Assembly (NCBI GenBank): GCA_030390025.1
Contig: CM059432.1
Coordinates: 87,980,001-88,044,000 of the forward strand
Direction: 5' to 3'
DNA length: 64,000 nt
DNA from: Squalus acanthias
Lineage: Eukaryota
Shown piece by piece: positions 49,790 through 61,410 of the stretch; position 1 is the stretch's first letter; each line of letters begins with the position of its first letter. A program made the position numbers and the translations under genes. The notes below the pieces were generated by a model. It worked only from the letters and a program-made list of their open reading frames with translations. It had not been told where the DNA came from and searched no databases.

Positions 49790-50327
49790 GGGCTGGAATT
49801 TTCACAGGAAAAAACAGGTGGGTTGGAGGCTGGGGGGTTGCGGGGGGGGAGTAAAAGTTGTAAAAATCTAAACCCAACCACAAACCGCCCACTTTCACCT
49901 TTTACTCAGGCAGGACGGGGGGGCGGCTCGGCAATTTAAATATTATAATGAGGCCTGAAGTCTCTACTTTAACCTGCTTTGGATTCCCGGTAGCTGCAAC
50001 GAGGTGGCCACAGCCTCGGGGAGCAATTCTTGTGGGCCGGGAGGAGCAGGAGTGCTTCCCGTCGGCCTCCCAAGCTCACCCAACAGCAGCCCCAGCCCGC
50101 ACCCCCCGGGGTCGGGGTTCGGACCCCCCCCAGGGATCGGAACCCTGACCCTGGGCTTGGAACAACCTGTTAATCAGGCTGGCTTCCGGGTGGGGAACCC
50201 GCCCTTTATGTCACACGCACGCTGTGTCAAAACTCCACAGCGTGCCGGGAAACCTGAACTTCCGGGTTTCCTGCCATCTCCCGGGTCCCCCCACACCATG
50301 CGGGTGGGAAATGGGATAATCCAGCCC
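49790..50327. mobile_element. TIR MITE in the intron
   Basis: Ends GGGCTGGAATT / TAATCCAGCCC; GC-rich body. Confidence 0.75.
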
Positions 50328-51956
50328 TAGGTTAGGTTGTGTTTATTTATTATACCAATACGGAGCCAGCTTGAATGATTTTTCTAATGGATTTTTTATT
50401 TATACATGTTTTTTCTTGCAATTTCAAATTAAACATTGAACAGTAAGCATATAATACTGAATCATCCTAGTATTAGTCCACATTCAATATGCATGTGACC
50501 TAGGTTTCGGTAATTATGTGAATACTCTTTTTTGCTTGTGTGAAGGTAACTTGAACCCACTAGAGGAGATTTCTTGATACACAAATCAAGTAAAGCACAT
50601 TCATGTAGGAAGTAACCAGCCTTTCTGGCAGCTGTGCTTTCCACCATTCCCTTCAGTTGTGTATTTAAATATGGAGTATATTTCTACGCAGAAAACAAAT
50701 GTTGAGACTTCTACAAACTTGTTGTAATTTCAGTAATCTAGCAAAGTGCAGGGACAGTCATTCCTTTTGTAGGCCTGCTAGAGCTTAAACTGCTTATTGC
50801 CTGTTCAACCATGTTTTGGCTTATACAAATATTCCAATGAAAGATTATTTAATTCATTAAGTTGAAAACTAGATTTTAGTGAAAACAATCAATACTAAGC
50901 TGCCATACCCTTCTATCTGTTTGTCACTCTCTAATAATATGAGGTAAGTTACAGATATAATACAAAAAAAATTACTTCATTGTAAGTATTGCAAAATAAT
51001 AATAAATGAAGCGAAAATGCGAAAAGCGAAAATCCCCGCTTGACCGGAAGCCAAGCCTGTCAATCAGGCTGACTTCCAGGTGGGGAACCTTTCAAGGAGA
51101 AAAGAGTTACAACTCCACAGCATGCGGTGAAACCCGGACCGGGTTCCCCCTCCGCCTATGCAATCCGCCCTTGTTAATATCCAGGCCAATGTGTTTGTAT
51201 GAAATTCCTTTCTCTTTTATTTTAAAATGGGTGTTAAATGGTTAAGGGTACAATTAAAGCTGAATGTCAAAGGAAATAAAATATGTAACGGATGTTCTGT
51301 GGAATACAGAGAGAGTGTGAACTGTGCTCAAATATAACCCCTAAGGGGTATTTGTTATACTGTACTTTCGCATCTATATGAAGTAGTTTTGGATGTACAT
51401 CACTGCAACAGTAGCAGTATAACTCAGGAGTTGGGATCCAAATTGACTCCAGAACACACTAAAGTTGTGAGAACCCCTCCAGACAGCTGTTTTAATTGCT
51501 TGGGCTTCATGGTTTAAAAAGTTTTGGGGCTGTCCTTTGTATCTGCTGGGTACTTTACTGGGGTCATTTTCTGACTTTGTGGGGGATGAGGCTCACTTGG
51601 CAGTAGTTTATATTGGAAATTCAGACATAAGCTGTGCATAATTTTCCAACGATTTAAATTGTTAGTTGGAAAATCGTGTACAATCCCAAATTTCTAATGT
51701 GCACTCCAAGCAGATGATGCCAGGAGCATAAAGTCAGAAAATTACCCCTTATAAACTTAGTGCTGAGTCTTTTTAATGACTCAGAATTTCCTGGAGACAT
51801 GTGCCATTGCAATAGCACATCTATAGCATTGGGTTTGTTATACACCATAAAAGTCCTAGGAAATGATGGTGTGAGTTACGCCATTATTTATACCACGCCA
51901 GAATCTTGCTTTTTCTTGATGTTTTTAATTCTTAGCTAAAACAATCAAAACACTAT

Positions 51957-54872
51957 GGGGGTGAATATCCATAAGGCCTGAAAACGGGCGTGGGCACCGC
52001 AATGCAAGATAGGCCCGTGCCCGTTTAGAAAGCGCAGGCAGCACATCAATTTGATGCTGCCTGCTACTTTACATGATAGGAGCGCATAGCCTAACGACTA
52101 TCGCACTGCTGACAGGCTGTGCACTCAGCAGGCTGCCAAGTTAGCGTCGCTGGAGCGAGACTGCCTTTCCTTAAAGCTAGGCTGTGTGTTTTCAAGGCCG
52201 TCTCTAGCCCTTAAAGCTGAACTTCCTTCTGCAAAAAAAAATCTTTCAGAACTAGGCAGTCTGCAGCTCTTAAAGCCGAATTGCCTTCTGCCCATAGAAA
52301 ATGCTAAAAGTGCTTCAGCACTAACACAAAGGGCTGGATTTTGTCTTGGGGTCGGGTTGGGGTCGTGTCATCCGCATTTCGTGTTATCCGCCCGCCTGAA
52401 ATTGGATGTGGGAGATTGATGCAATTTTCACTGAATTGGGCAATTGAGTTCCAGCATGTGGGAACCCATGAACCAATTAGTGGTTTCAGTCTGAAAGTCG
52501 CCTCTGATGATGTCATCATTGCAGGTCAGAGACTGCCGGGTCTCAGAGATTGCCTGGCCTTTGCTGTGAGAGGACCTGGATGCAAAATGAGCAGCATCTC
52601 AGAGAGAGAGAGAGAATTTTTTTTTCCATCCAGGTCCTCCAAAGGCCCCGGCAGTCTCTGAAGACATTCAATGCAGCAGCATCAGAGGCGACTTTCAGAC
52701 CTAATACTACTACTACCTTCATCACATCTCTGTTGTAATAGTGGACCTGCAGCTGATAGTCAGCTATCCACTTGTGCTCCCGCCAGGTTTCACTGGCGTG
52801 TTTCACATCAGGCGTGCTTCACGTCAGAAAAGGGTTAAACTAGCTAAAATGTTTCAAAATGGCATTACAGAGCCAATTTAGGGCTTGTTAAGGGCTTTAC
52901 TGGCCTCTCCCGCCTCTTGGAGGCGGGACGGAGTCGGGAACACCGCACATGATTTTATCAAAATTGCGTGTAGGCGGGTTGGAGGCGGGATGGGGTCGGG
53001 ACCCCCGAATCTGCAACTTTAACCCCCCACACGCCTCCAAACCCGACTCCATGGGTCATTGAAAATCCAGCACAAAGGGTTCAACTGGCCAGGGAAAGGG
53101 CAGCCAGGGTCTCGGACGCAGCACTCGACCTTTGTGCAGGGTGTTAACACTGGAAGAGAGATTCTCTAACCACAGGGGGCCAGGAGGCCCTCCAGAAAGA
53201 AGGATGTGGGACCAAATCGGCGAGGCAGTCACTGCCAGCAGTGTCGCCCCCAGGACCTGGCTCCAGTGCCCAAAGAATTTTCATGACCTCAGACGAGTGG
53301 TCAAGGTCAGCGAATGCATCTTCAAAAGCCATCTCCTACAAACTGCACCACTAGCCTCACACACTGCTCAATGCACCATACCCTCCATCACTCACCTACC
53401 AACAATCTCGACCAAACACGAGACACACCTCGCACTCCTAGCTTCACTTCACCCCTTTGGAGGAGACGGTGTTGGCCACTCTTAGCAGAGGCATGGCTGA
53501 GCCCTTGGCCCACGGCGGGGCTGAAAGAATACAAGATGCCGGTATCCTCATACGTTATCCTCCTTCTCACATCCCACTTCCCCCTCATCCCACAATATCT
53601 TCTGATGTACAAACTGCACATGGTGTAAGCATGCACCTCTTGCCTTCCCGCCCTCCCTTCCCCACAACCCTACTCTTGTGCCTTCCTCATTTCAGACACC
53701 CAAGAAATCCAGCCTGCCCAGCCAATGGTTAACCAAGAAGAGAGATGGGAGAGTGAAGAAGAAGAAGAAATACTGTCACTCGATTTCACACTCCCAGCCA
53801 CCAGCTCCTTGAAGTGGTCCTGCAAAGCCATCTGCAGTCTCCCCCACTGAAAGTCAGCAGCCTTCCATCAGCCATGCTGCAGCCACTGGGGTGGCCCTGC
53901 GAAACATCACAAAGGTTAGGCAAAGGCAGATGCAAGACAATCATTAAGGGATTGCACAAGGGTGATTAGTTGATTTTTTGATGTAATATTGGATGCATAT
54001 ATGGATAAAGTTAGATTGGAAAGTTTGCTTTGTGGTGGCTTTTATTTCAGCATTGTGGCCAAGAGGACGCTGTGATGGTCAGTAACAGAGGGAAGGTAAG
54101 GTGTGGGACTAATGTTGAAAGGGGAATTGGGGTTGTGGTCACTGGTATCACAGGCAGATGATTCGATCCCGGATATTCTGGCCAGAAAGGGGCTGTCTGG
54201 GTTGCATCCTTCCTTCTGCTTCCTCCTCTTCTGTTTCCGCCTCTTCTGCTTCCTCCTCTTCTGCTTCCTCCTCTTCTGCTTCTTCCTCTTGCCTCTGCGA
54301 GCAGCTTGTCCCCTTTGCTGCCTCTGCTTCATCTCCATGTGATGTTCTCAAGGGGGACTGCAACTAGAGCCCCCAGGACTGTGAGCCAGTGATGTTCTCA
54401 GAGGCCTTCCTTTAACATCCAAAGCCTTACAAGCGTCCAGCAGCACTCCCAGCACTCCCTGCACACTTTAACAACTTTTTAAATTGCACCAAACCACTAT
54501 GCCAATAAAATGTAAAAAAAAACACTCCAAAAGCTAAAATCTAAAGTTACGTGAAAGATGTGTGTGTCCCTTTAAGAAGTGCTAGCAGCGTCTCTATAGT
54601 ACTGCTGCACTAACACTCTTCTGTGCGAGGTTTTGAAAGGGCGGTATCCAGAGCGACAACATCCAAAATCACAGTCGTGCATCAATTTAGACGTTGCACG
54701 CTGATTGACGTCACATTCTGCATATTTACATGTGAGCGGCGAGCGCAGGCAATGGCAGCGCTACAGACCTCCCCCAAAATGGCGGCCACTGCGTTCTGCA
54801 CCGGAAGCGGGCAACCACTATTTTTTCAGAAAAACCGGCCTTAACAGCTGCGCTAGACCTCCGAATTTCGTG
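51957..54872. mobile_element. Decayed Harbinger derivative in the intron (Myb remnant on +, transposase remnant on -)
   Basis: APRTWLQCPKNFHDLRRVVK at ~53245-53305; homology to 25750-26650 and 5230-5500; 15-bp acidic repeat at 54215-54290; ends degenerate. Confidence 0.7.
52331..53073. mobile_element. Harbinger-type MITE nested in the previous element
   Basis: TIR GGGCTGGATTTT / AAAATCCAGCAC; TSD AAA; sibling of 19672-20432. Confidence 0.88.
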
Positions 54873-54945
54873 TGTTAGGTTTAGTGCATACAGTATGCAT
54901 GGTGCAGAGCACTGAAATGCCTGCACATGTCAATGATGAAAGTGA

Positions 54946-55698
54946 GGGGGTGATTTTGCCAATGGGGGCGCGTTGGAGGCAGGACTGCTACTTGTCGGGT
55001 TTTAGTCCCGCCTCCATCGACTTGTGGCCAACCCACGCTATTTTCCCTTGATTGACCTTGTTAAGCCCGCCCAGCGGGCTTAGCTGGCCAATTAAGGGGA
55101 AGCCGGTTACAGAGAACGTCAGCGTATGATGTTTCATCTGTCAAAAATTTTTGACAGATGAATTGTTATCGTTTGACAGCTCTGTGAAGCTGTCAAACAC
55201 TGACATTCTATGTTGTTTGATGAGTCCTTGTATTCAAGACTCATCAAACCTATCTGCTGAGCAGAAATCAGATGGCTGTTGCATCGGAGAATGCAGCAGC
55301 CATCTGTCATCTCTGCCAGTGAGATGCGGGAGTCTCCGGTTCCCCAACTGTTGAAGCCTGCAGGAAGAAACAAAGGTAAGTAAACATTTTCTATCACTTT
55401 TCACTCACCTCACATACTTACCTCTCCACACTTGCACCCATCACTCACCTCTACAGCGCACCTTTGCACCCCTCCGACCCCCGCAGACCCACTGATCGCC
55501 TCGGTGACCCTGGTGGGGTTTCCTGACGTGAGGAAGCCCGCACCTCTGGTGGAAAAATGGGGATAATCCTCTTAACTGCCTGTTAACTACCTGGGAAGAT
55601 GGCACGGATCCAGGTTGGGTACCCGCCCCCAGATTCTGCCATTTTCCTGGCAGTCCCGCCTCCAAACCCGCCTCCTCAGGGCTGGCAAAATCGCCCCC
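54946..55698. mobile_element. MITE with the same termini as the full Harbinger at 10366-14658
   Basis: TIR GGGGGTGATTTTGCCA / TGGCAAAATCGCCCCC; TSD TGA. Confidence 0.9.
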
Positions 55699-57255
55699 TG
55701 AGAGTGGGGGAGAAACTTGTTTAGGCTAATTTTTGGGCCCAAAATGGTCAATGCATTTGCAGTGCACACCAGAAGCTGGAGGCCTAAGACTCGTTCGAAA
55801 TTGGCCCTCATGCCTCACCTGAATAATTCTGGTGAGCTGCGGGCAACTGTCGGTTCTCCTGAGTTTGCTTGCCAGTTTCCTCTAGACAAATTTGGGCCAG
55901 CTCTGATTCCAGCAGCAGTCCTCAGATAGGTCCTGGGAGACAGGGGAGTCGAACCGGAGGGGCAGGCAAGCGCGAATTGGCAGCGGCCCACAGTAATGCT
56001 GTGGAAGCAGAAGCAGCACTCCTACTCCTCCAGGCTCCCCATTAAAGTAAGTTAACAAGAGAAAAACGTACCTTATTGTTGGTGGCCTTCAGCAGTCCCT
56101 TCAAGGATCGCTGGTTAGGCCGCAGAAAAAACCAGAAGACCTTTTCTGACCAATTTTAGGGTGGGGTCCTTAAGCAGACATTAGGCCTGTCATTAGCATA
56201 GCCTGTTTAGCACGGCCACCAAAGACCAGTTCCACCCCCAAGATGGCAGCATGTTTTGCAGCATGCATTATGTGAGAAAGGTCAACTGTGAATATTGATT
56301 ATTATATCTTCCAAAAAAAGGGGCTTCACTTTAAGTTTTAAATCAATCATATTTCTGAAAGGAAACTCTCTGTTGTCTGGAAGACTTACATTGCCACAGC
56401 ACCACCAAGAGTGCAAAGAACAAAGTGGGTACTATATTGGACTCCCACAGAGACCAACCTGTGTTGTGCCAAACCTCAGTTTTTGTTGAATTATTTTTTT
56501 TCTTGTAAGATACACTTTTTGTATTATTTAACCAATCAATAGTTTATTTTCTGTAGTGCCTGGGCATTTTAGAGTTTAATTTGCTTGGAGTCCCAATGTT
56601 GTTCACTAAAGTTCCACTATTTCTAAGGAATATGGTTATAATTAGGATTTCAATTAAACATCCTTTATATCTACATTATTTCATTGAATAGTTGTGCATC
56701 ACATTTTTCCAACATGATATCAAGTTAACCTTACCTGCAGTGATAGTCTGTATATGTGTACTGTGTTTTACTCGTGTGTAATATTGACTGCAGCCCGAGT
56801 GGATGTAATTTTCATCAAGAAGTGCACAGGTGAAAAGGTGAAAGTTGTATGTATACACCATTGGAGTCATTTTAATCCCCTGCATTTTAATTCTCTTTGT
56901 AGCTTGTGAAAAAAAACACACTTGATCTTCTTAACTTGCAAAAAGCAGCTTTTTTCAGATTTGTATCTTATGCCATCTAAAGAAAAGCACTGCAAGTTAA
57001 TACTACTGCAGTTAAAATTCAACTATAATTATAGGATTTGTTCCAAGCTGATAAAACAGTGAACCAGTTGCACCTTGTTGGCCTTCCTTGTTTGAGTTGA
57101 AAGCCAATTTACACGGTGAAATCAAATTTAATTTGAATCAAGTTGATTTGACGTGAATGCGGTCTCTTGTAGATGTTTACAACAACCACTGTGCCATCCA
57201 AGTTTTCGGACTGTCTAGCATCAAGTGACGCCTGTATTGCTTCCTAGGACAGAAA

Positions 57256-57955
57256 GGGCTAAAAATTGAGTATCGCCCCATTAGCGCCCCGGAAAAATTA
57301 GTGCCCCCCGCACCGGAAATTGAGTGGTTGTGCTCCAAGAGGGAAGCGGGGCGCTACTGGAAGCGTCCCGCATCCCTCTTGGGGCGCTGCGAGTCAATAT
57401 TGCGGCGCGATGGCGCTGCAGCACATCCTGCCATAGTATTGCAGGCCTTCCTCGCCTTCTTAAAGGGGAGGGGCCTTGCGCAGCGTGATCCGAGACCCAG
57501 CTGGGCCCCCGGGGATCGGGAGTGCCGGCAAAAGAGCCCGGCACTCAAGAGAAGTGCCGGGCTTTGGAGCGCAGCCGGCACTCCGCGGGGAGGCCGTTCA
57601 GGAGGCCGGGGACGGGAGCGCAGGCAGGTGCTGGCAGGCGGCCAGCAACATAAATGGCCGCCCCGCTCCTCGCCTTTAAATAGCGCCTCCCTGGCCGCAG
57701 GTAGGCCCCCCTGACCCAGTCGGACGTAGCGTCCAGCGGTAAGTCGGGGCGCTCCCAAAGATCGCGGCCGGGGCGCAAGCGGGGTGCTGCGCAAGGCGAT
57801 GATGCTGCCGGGCGCTACCGGTTAGCGCCGCCGTGAACCTCCCGCTGAATTTTGCGGGAGGTGTGGGCGGCGCCGCGCCTGGACGCTGGTTGCACCCCGT
57901 TAGCGCCCTCTTAGGGTGCTAACGGGAGGCACAAAGCAACCCAATTTTTTCCCCC
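57256..57955. mobile_element. GC/CpG-rich TIR MITE
   Basis: Ends GGGCTAAAAATTG / CAATTTTTTCCCCC; TSD AAA; sibling of 9180-9865. Confidence 0.8.
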
Positions 57956-60164
57956 AAAGTGTTTTAATAAAACAGGTCATGCCCTGGCCGCAATCTTCGG
58001 GAGTGCCTCTTGACTTACCGCTGGACGCTACGTCCGACGGGGTCAGGGGGGCCTACCTGCGGCCGGGGAGGCGCTATTTAAAGGCGAGGTGTGGGGCGGC
58101 CATTTTTGTTGCTGGCCGGTTGAATAACATTAACTTGCAATCAACTTTAACATTCTGAAACGAAAGCGAGAGTATTGTAATCTAAACTAGGATTCATATA
58201 AATAACTGTGCAGCAATAGCATTTTTACTTTGGATCAGCTATAAATCCACAACACATCCCAAATTTCCAACTAAAACATAAGCAGGACTTAAGTGACTTT
58301 AGTTTTACAGAGTAAGTGGAGTGACGTGCTTTGTTTATTGGGAGGGGTAATTTTTGTGCTCATCAAGGTGAAAACAGCCAGTGCTGGGGAGTAAAACATT
58401 TTTTCCCTAATTTTGCCAGCTTTAAGCACTCGTAGCTCGGATGCATCAAAGCCAGCTGAAGAGCAAAACTCCCTGTACTCTTCACCAACAGTAATCTTTA
58501 CACCAAAAGTGATCCTCTCACTACATACAGTAATGGATGTGAAATAGCTTTCCATAAAACACATTTATTACTGTGTCAGTTAACCCATTTGAAAGAATAG
58601 GAGGGTATACTTTCTTCTGTGTGGAAAGTTAAAGGACACTTTTACTAAAATGCCATTGGTTTATAAGAGGAAAATATACTCCATGACTGGAAGTTACAAC
58701 ATGAAGCTAGATACAGATGGACAAATAATCTTTTTTGATCAAAGCATGGCAACATAGTTCACTAGTTCTTCAGTTGGTTATCCCAAAAATAAAAATAAAA
58801 CCATGAATACTGAAAATATGAAATAAAAGCAGAAATTGCTGTTAATACATAGGAGGTCATTCCGTATAAATTAGTTATTTAAATGTATATGGAATGATTT
58901 GGTTTGTGTGCAAATATTCTTATTAATACACATAAGCTACTTGAAACTTTTGTTTAGAGAAACATTTGCTCATGTGTGCATGTGCTAGTCTAAGTCTATG
59001 AAAGCTTAGTTACCATAAGAACACACAGATAATGTTTCCAGGAGCTGAAAGTGTGGCACAAACAGTAGATTGACCTCACTGGTGGCTTGGTCTGGGAAAA
59101 GTAAGTAGAGCCGAGTGCCTCCATGGAGGGAAAATAAACAGCTAAATCCCTCGAGGCAGAAAACTGTTGAATGATTGAAATGCAAATGATGTGTGATCAT
59201 GAATGAGCAGTCTTGGATAGGAAACAGGCTCAGATCACAAAAGAAGGTTTCTTCGTTCCGTAATTTGGACTACAGCAATTTTGTTGAGTCTAGAAACAGA
59301 TACCAGTTTGTTTCTCTCCAACTTGATAAGGGCACTACTGTAATTATAGTGTGGTTGCATAACCTTTGTTTTTAATAATGCCACATTTCCTTTATGTTTA
59401 AGTTACAACTATTGGTTACAATTTGTAAAATACATGCATATTAAATTAACAGTAACATTTTCCTGATAGTTGTTAGATTGAACTCATCAGTATAGGTAAT
59501 GAAATAATAAGGTTGGGACTGTGTTGTTATCACAGCTGTTAAAATAGATGGCCAGCATTAGGTACATGGACACAGAGCATTATTATAGCATCGACTTTAC
59601 AGATAAAAGAGGCACAGAGAGAGGAAGGAAAAGTCATGTTCGTCTTTGTTTATTTCCTCATGAGAGCATTAGAATGTTCAGGAGCAGGAAGCAGCCATTT
59701 GGTACGACAAATCTGTCCTTTTTTGGTAGACTTCAATCCAAGTAAAAATCTGTTCTCTTCGGACAGAATGTGCTCTCTACAGAAGAAACCTAGGGAAGGG
59801 AGAAACAAAAAGAAATGTGAGAACCCAAAGTCTAGAACTGAAAATACAGGGTGAGAAAATAGCAATTGAGGATATATGAATCTTAATAACACAAGTTTCC
59901 TTTCTGTGAAAAGGGAGGTGACTACACAGGTGACACTGGATTGCTGGAAATCAAAAACAGTTGGTGTGCGACATCACAGTGAACATCTGATGCTGTAAAG
60001 ATAAAATGATGAGAAAACAATTTGCTTTTATTATAAAATATAAACACAAATATAAATTGCAAAAGAAGATGAGTATAAGGAATTTAGATGTCCTGCAGAA
60101 AAAAATTAAATCGCAGGTTTCTGCAAGCGTGAAAAAAAAATCAAATTTTTTGTAATCTACCTAT

Positions 60165-60960
60165 AACAGCAACTTGCATTTATGTAGTGCCTTTAACAGA
60201 AAATAAAGCCCTAAGGCACTTCACAAATAGAAACAGATAGGGAAATGAACACTGAGACTACTTGGAGGGGGTGGGGAGGGGTGGTGGCGGGGAGTGACCG
60301 AATTGTTAATCGAAAAAATGGGTTTTGTAAAGATTGCTTTTAAAGGAAGGGAGAAGTGGAGCAGTTTGGGGAGGAAGTTCCAGAGAGTGGGGCTAAATTG
60401 GCTGAATGCACTGCACCAGTGGTGGGGTGAAGGGAAGGGGGACGCACAAGAAGCCAGAGCCAGAGGACCAAAAGATGTGGGGTGGGGGGGGGGGGGGGGG
60501 GGGGGGGGGGGGTGGCGGGGAATATAAGGCTGGCTGAGGTTGTAGAGAGAGGGTAGAGTATAGTGGGGAGGAATTTGAAGATGAGTTTACTGTAGGGGCC
60601 AAGAACATTGGCTTTATCTTTCCAGTATTAAATTGGAGGAAGTTGTAGCTGTTGCGTGACTTGAATTTAGCCAGACAGTCTGACAGCATGGAGGTGGTTG
60701 TGGGTAGAGAGAAAAGGTGAAGAGGAACAGCTGGGTGTCTTATGGAAGTTGATTCCCTGCCAGTGGAAAATGTCACTAGGCAGCAGCATGTGGAGGAGGG
60801 GTCCAAGGATAGACCCTTGTGATTCTCTGGAAGTGACAATGTGGATCTGAAAGAGAAGCCATTGCTGTAGATGTGTTGGCTGGATTCGGATAGATAGGAG
60901 TTGAACCATGCAAGGGCTGTCCCACTGGACAATAAAAGAGAGGAGAAGGAAAATGTGGTA
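60165..60960 (-). mobile_element. Old L2 fragment
   Basis: SGTALAWFNSYLS and QGSILGPLL remnants; 3' tail like 26767-26830. Confidence 0.7.
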
Positions 60961-61410
60961 AGAAAAGAAAGACTTACATTTATATAGCGCCTTTCACGAC
61001 CACTGGACGTCTCAAAGCGCTTTACAGCCAATGAAGTACTTTTTGGAATGTAGTCACTGTTGTAATGTGGGAAACGCGGCAGCCAATTTGTGCACAGCAA
61101 GCTCCCACAAACAGCAATGTGATAATGACCAGATAATCTGTTTTTGTTATGTTAATTGAGGGATAAATATTGGCCAGTACACCAGGGATAACTCCACTGG
61201 TCTTCTTCGAAATAGTGCCATGGGATCGTTTACGTCCACCTGAGAGAGCAGATGGGGCCTCGGTTTAGCGTCTCATCCAAAAGACGGCACCTCCAACAGT
61301 GCAGCGCTCCCTCAGCCTAGATTTATATGCTCAAGTCCCTGGAGTAGGACTTAGAACCCACAACCTTCTGACTCAGAGGCGAGTGTGCTACCCACTGAGT
61401 CACAGCTGAT
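60961..61410 (-). mobile_element. SacSINE1-type DeuSINE (tRNA head, Deu domain, L2-like tail)
   Basis: Head at 61410-61340; Deu-like GTGCCATGGGATC..ACGTCCACCTGAGAG..GGGGCCTCGGTTT..GTCTCATCC..AAGACGGCACCTCC; tail shared with L2. Confidence 0.85.

Noticed and set aside
54042..54363. Protamine-like (KQKRR)n or acidic protein ORF
   Set aside because: 15-bp repeat within a decayed Harbinger transposase tail.
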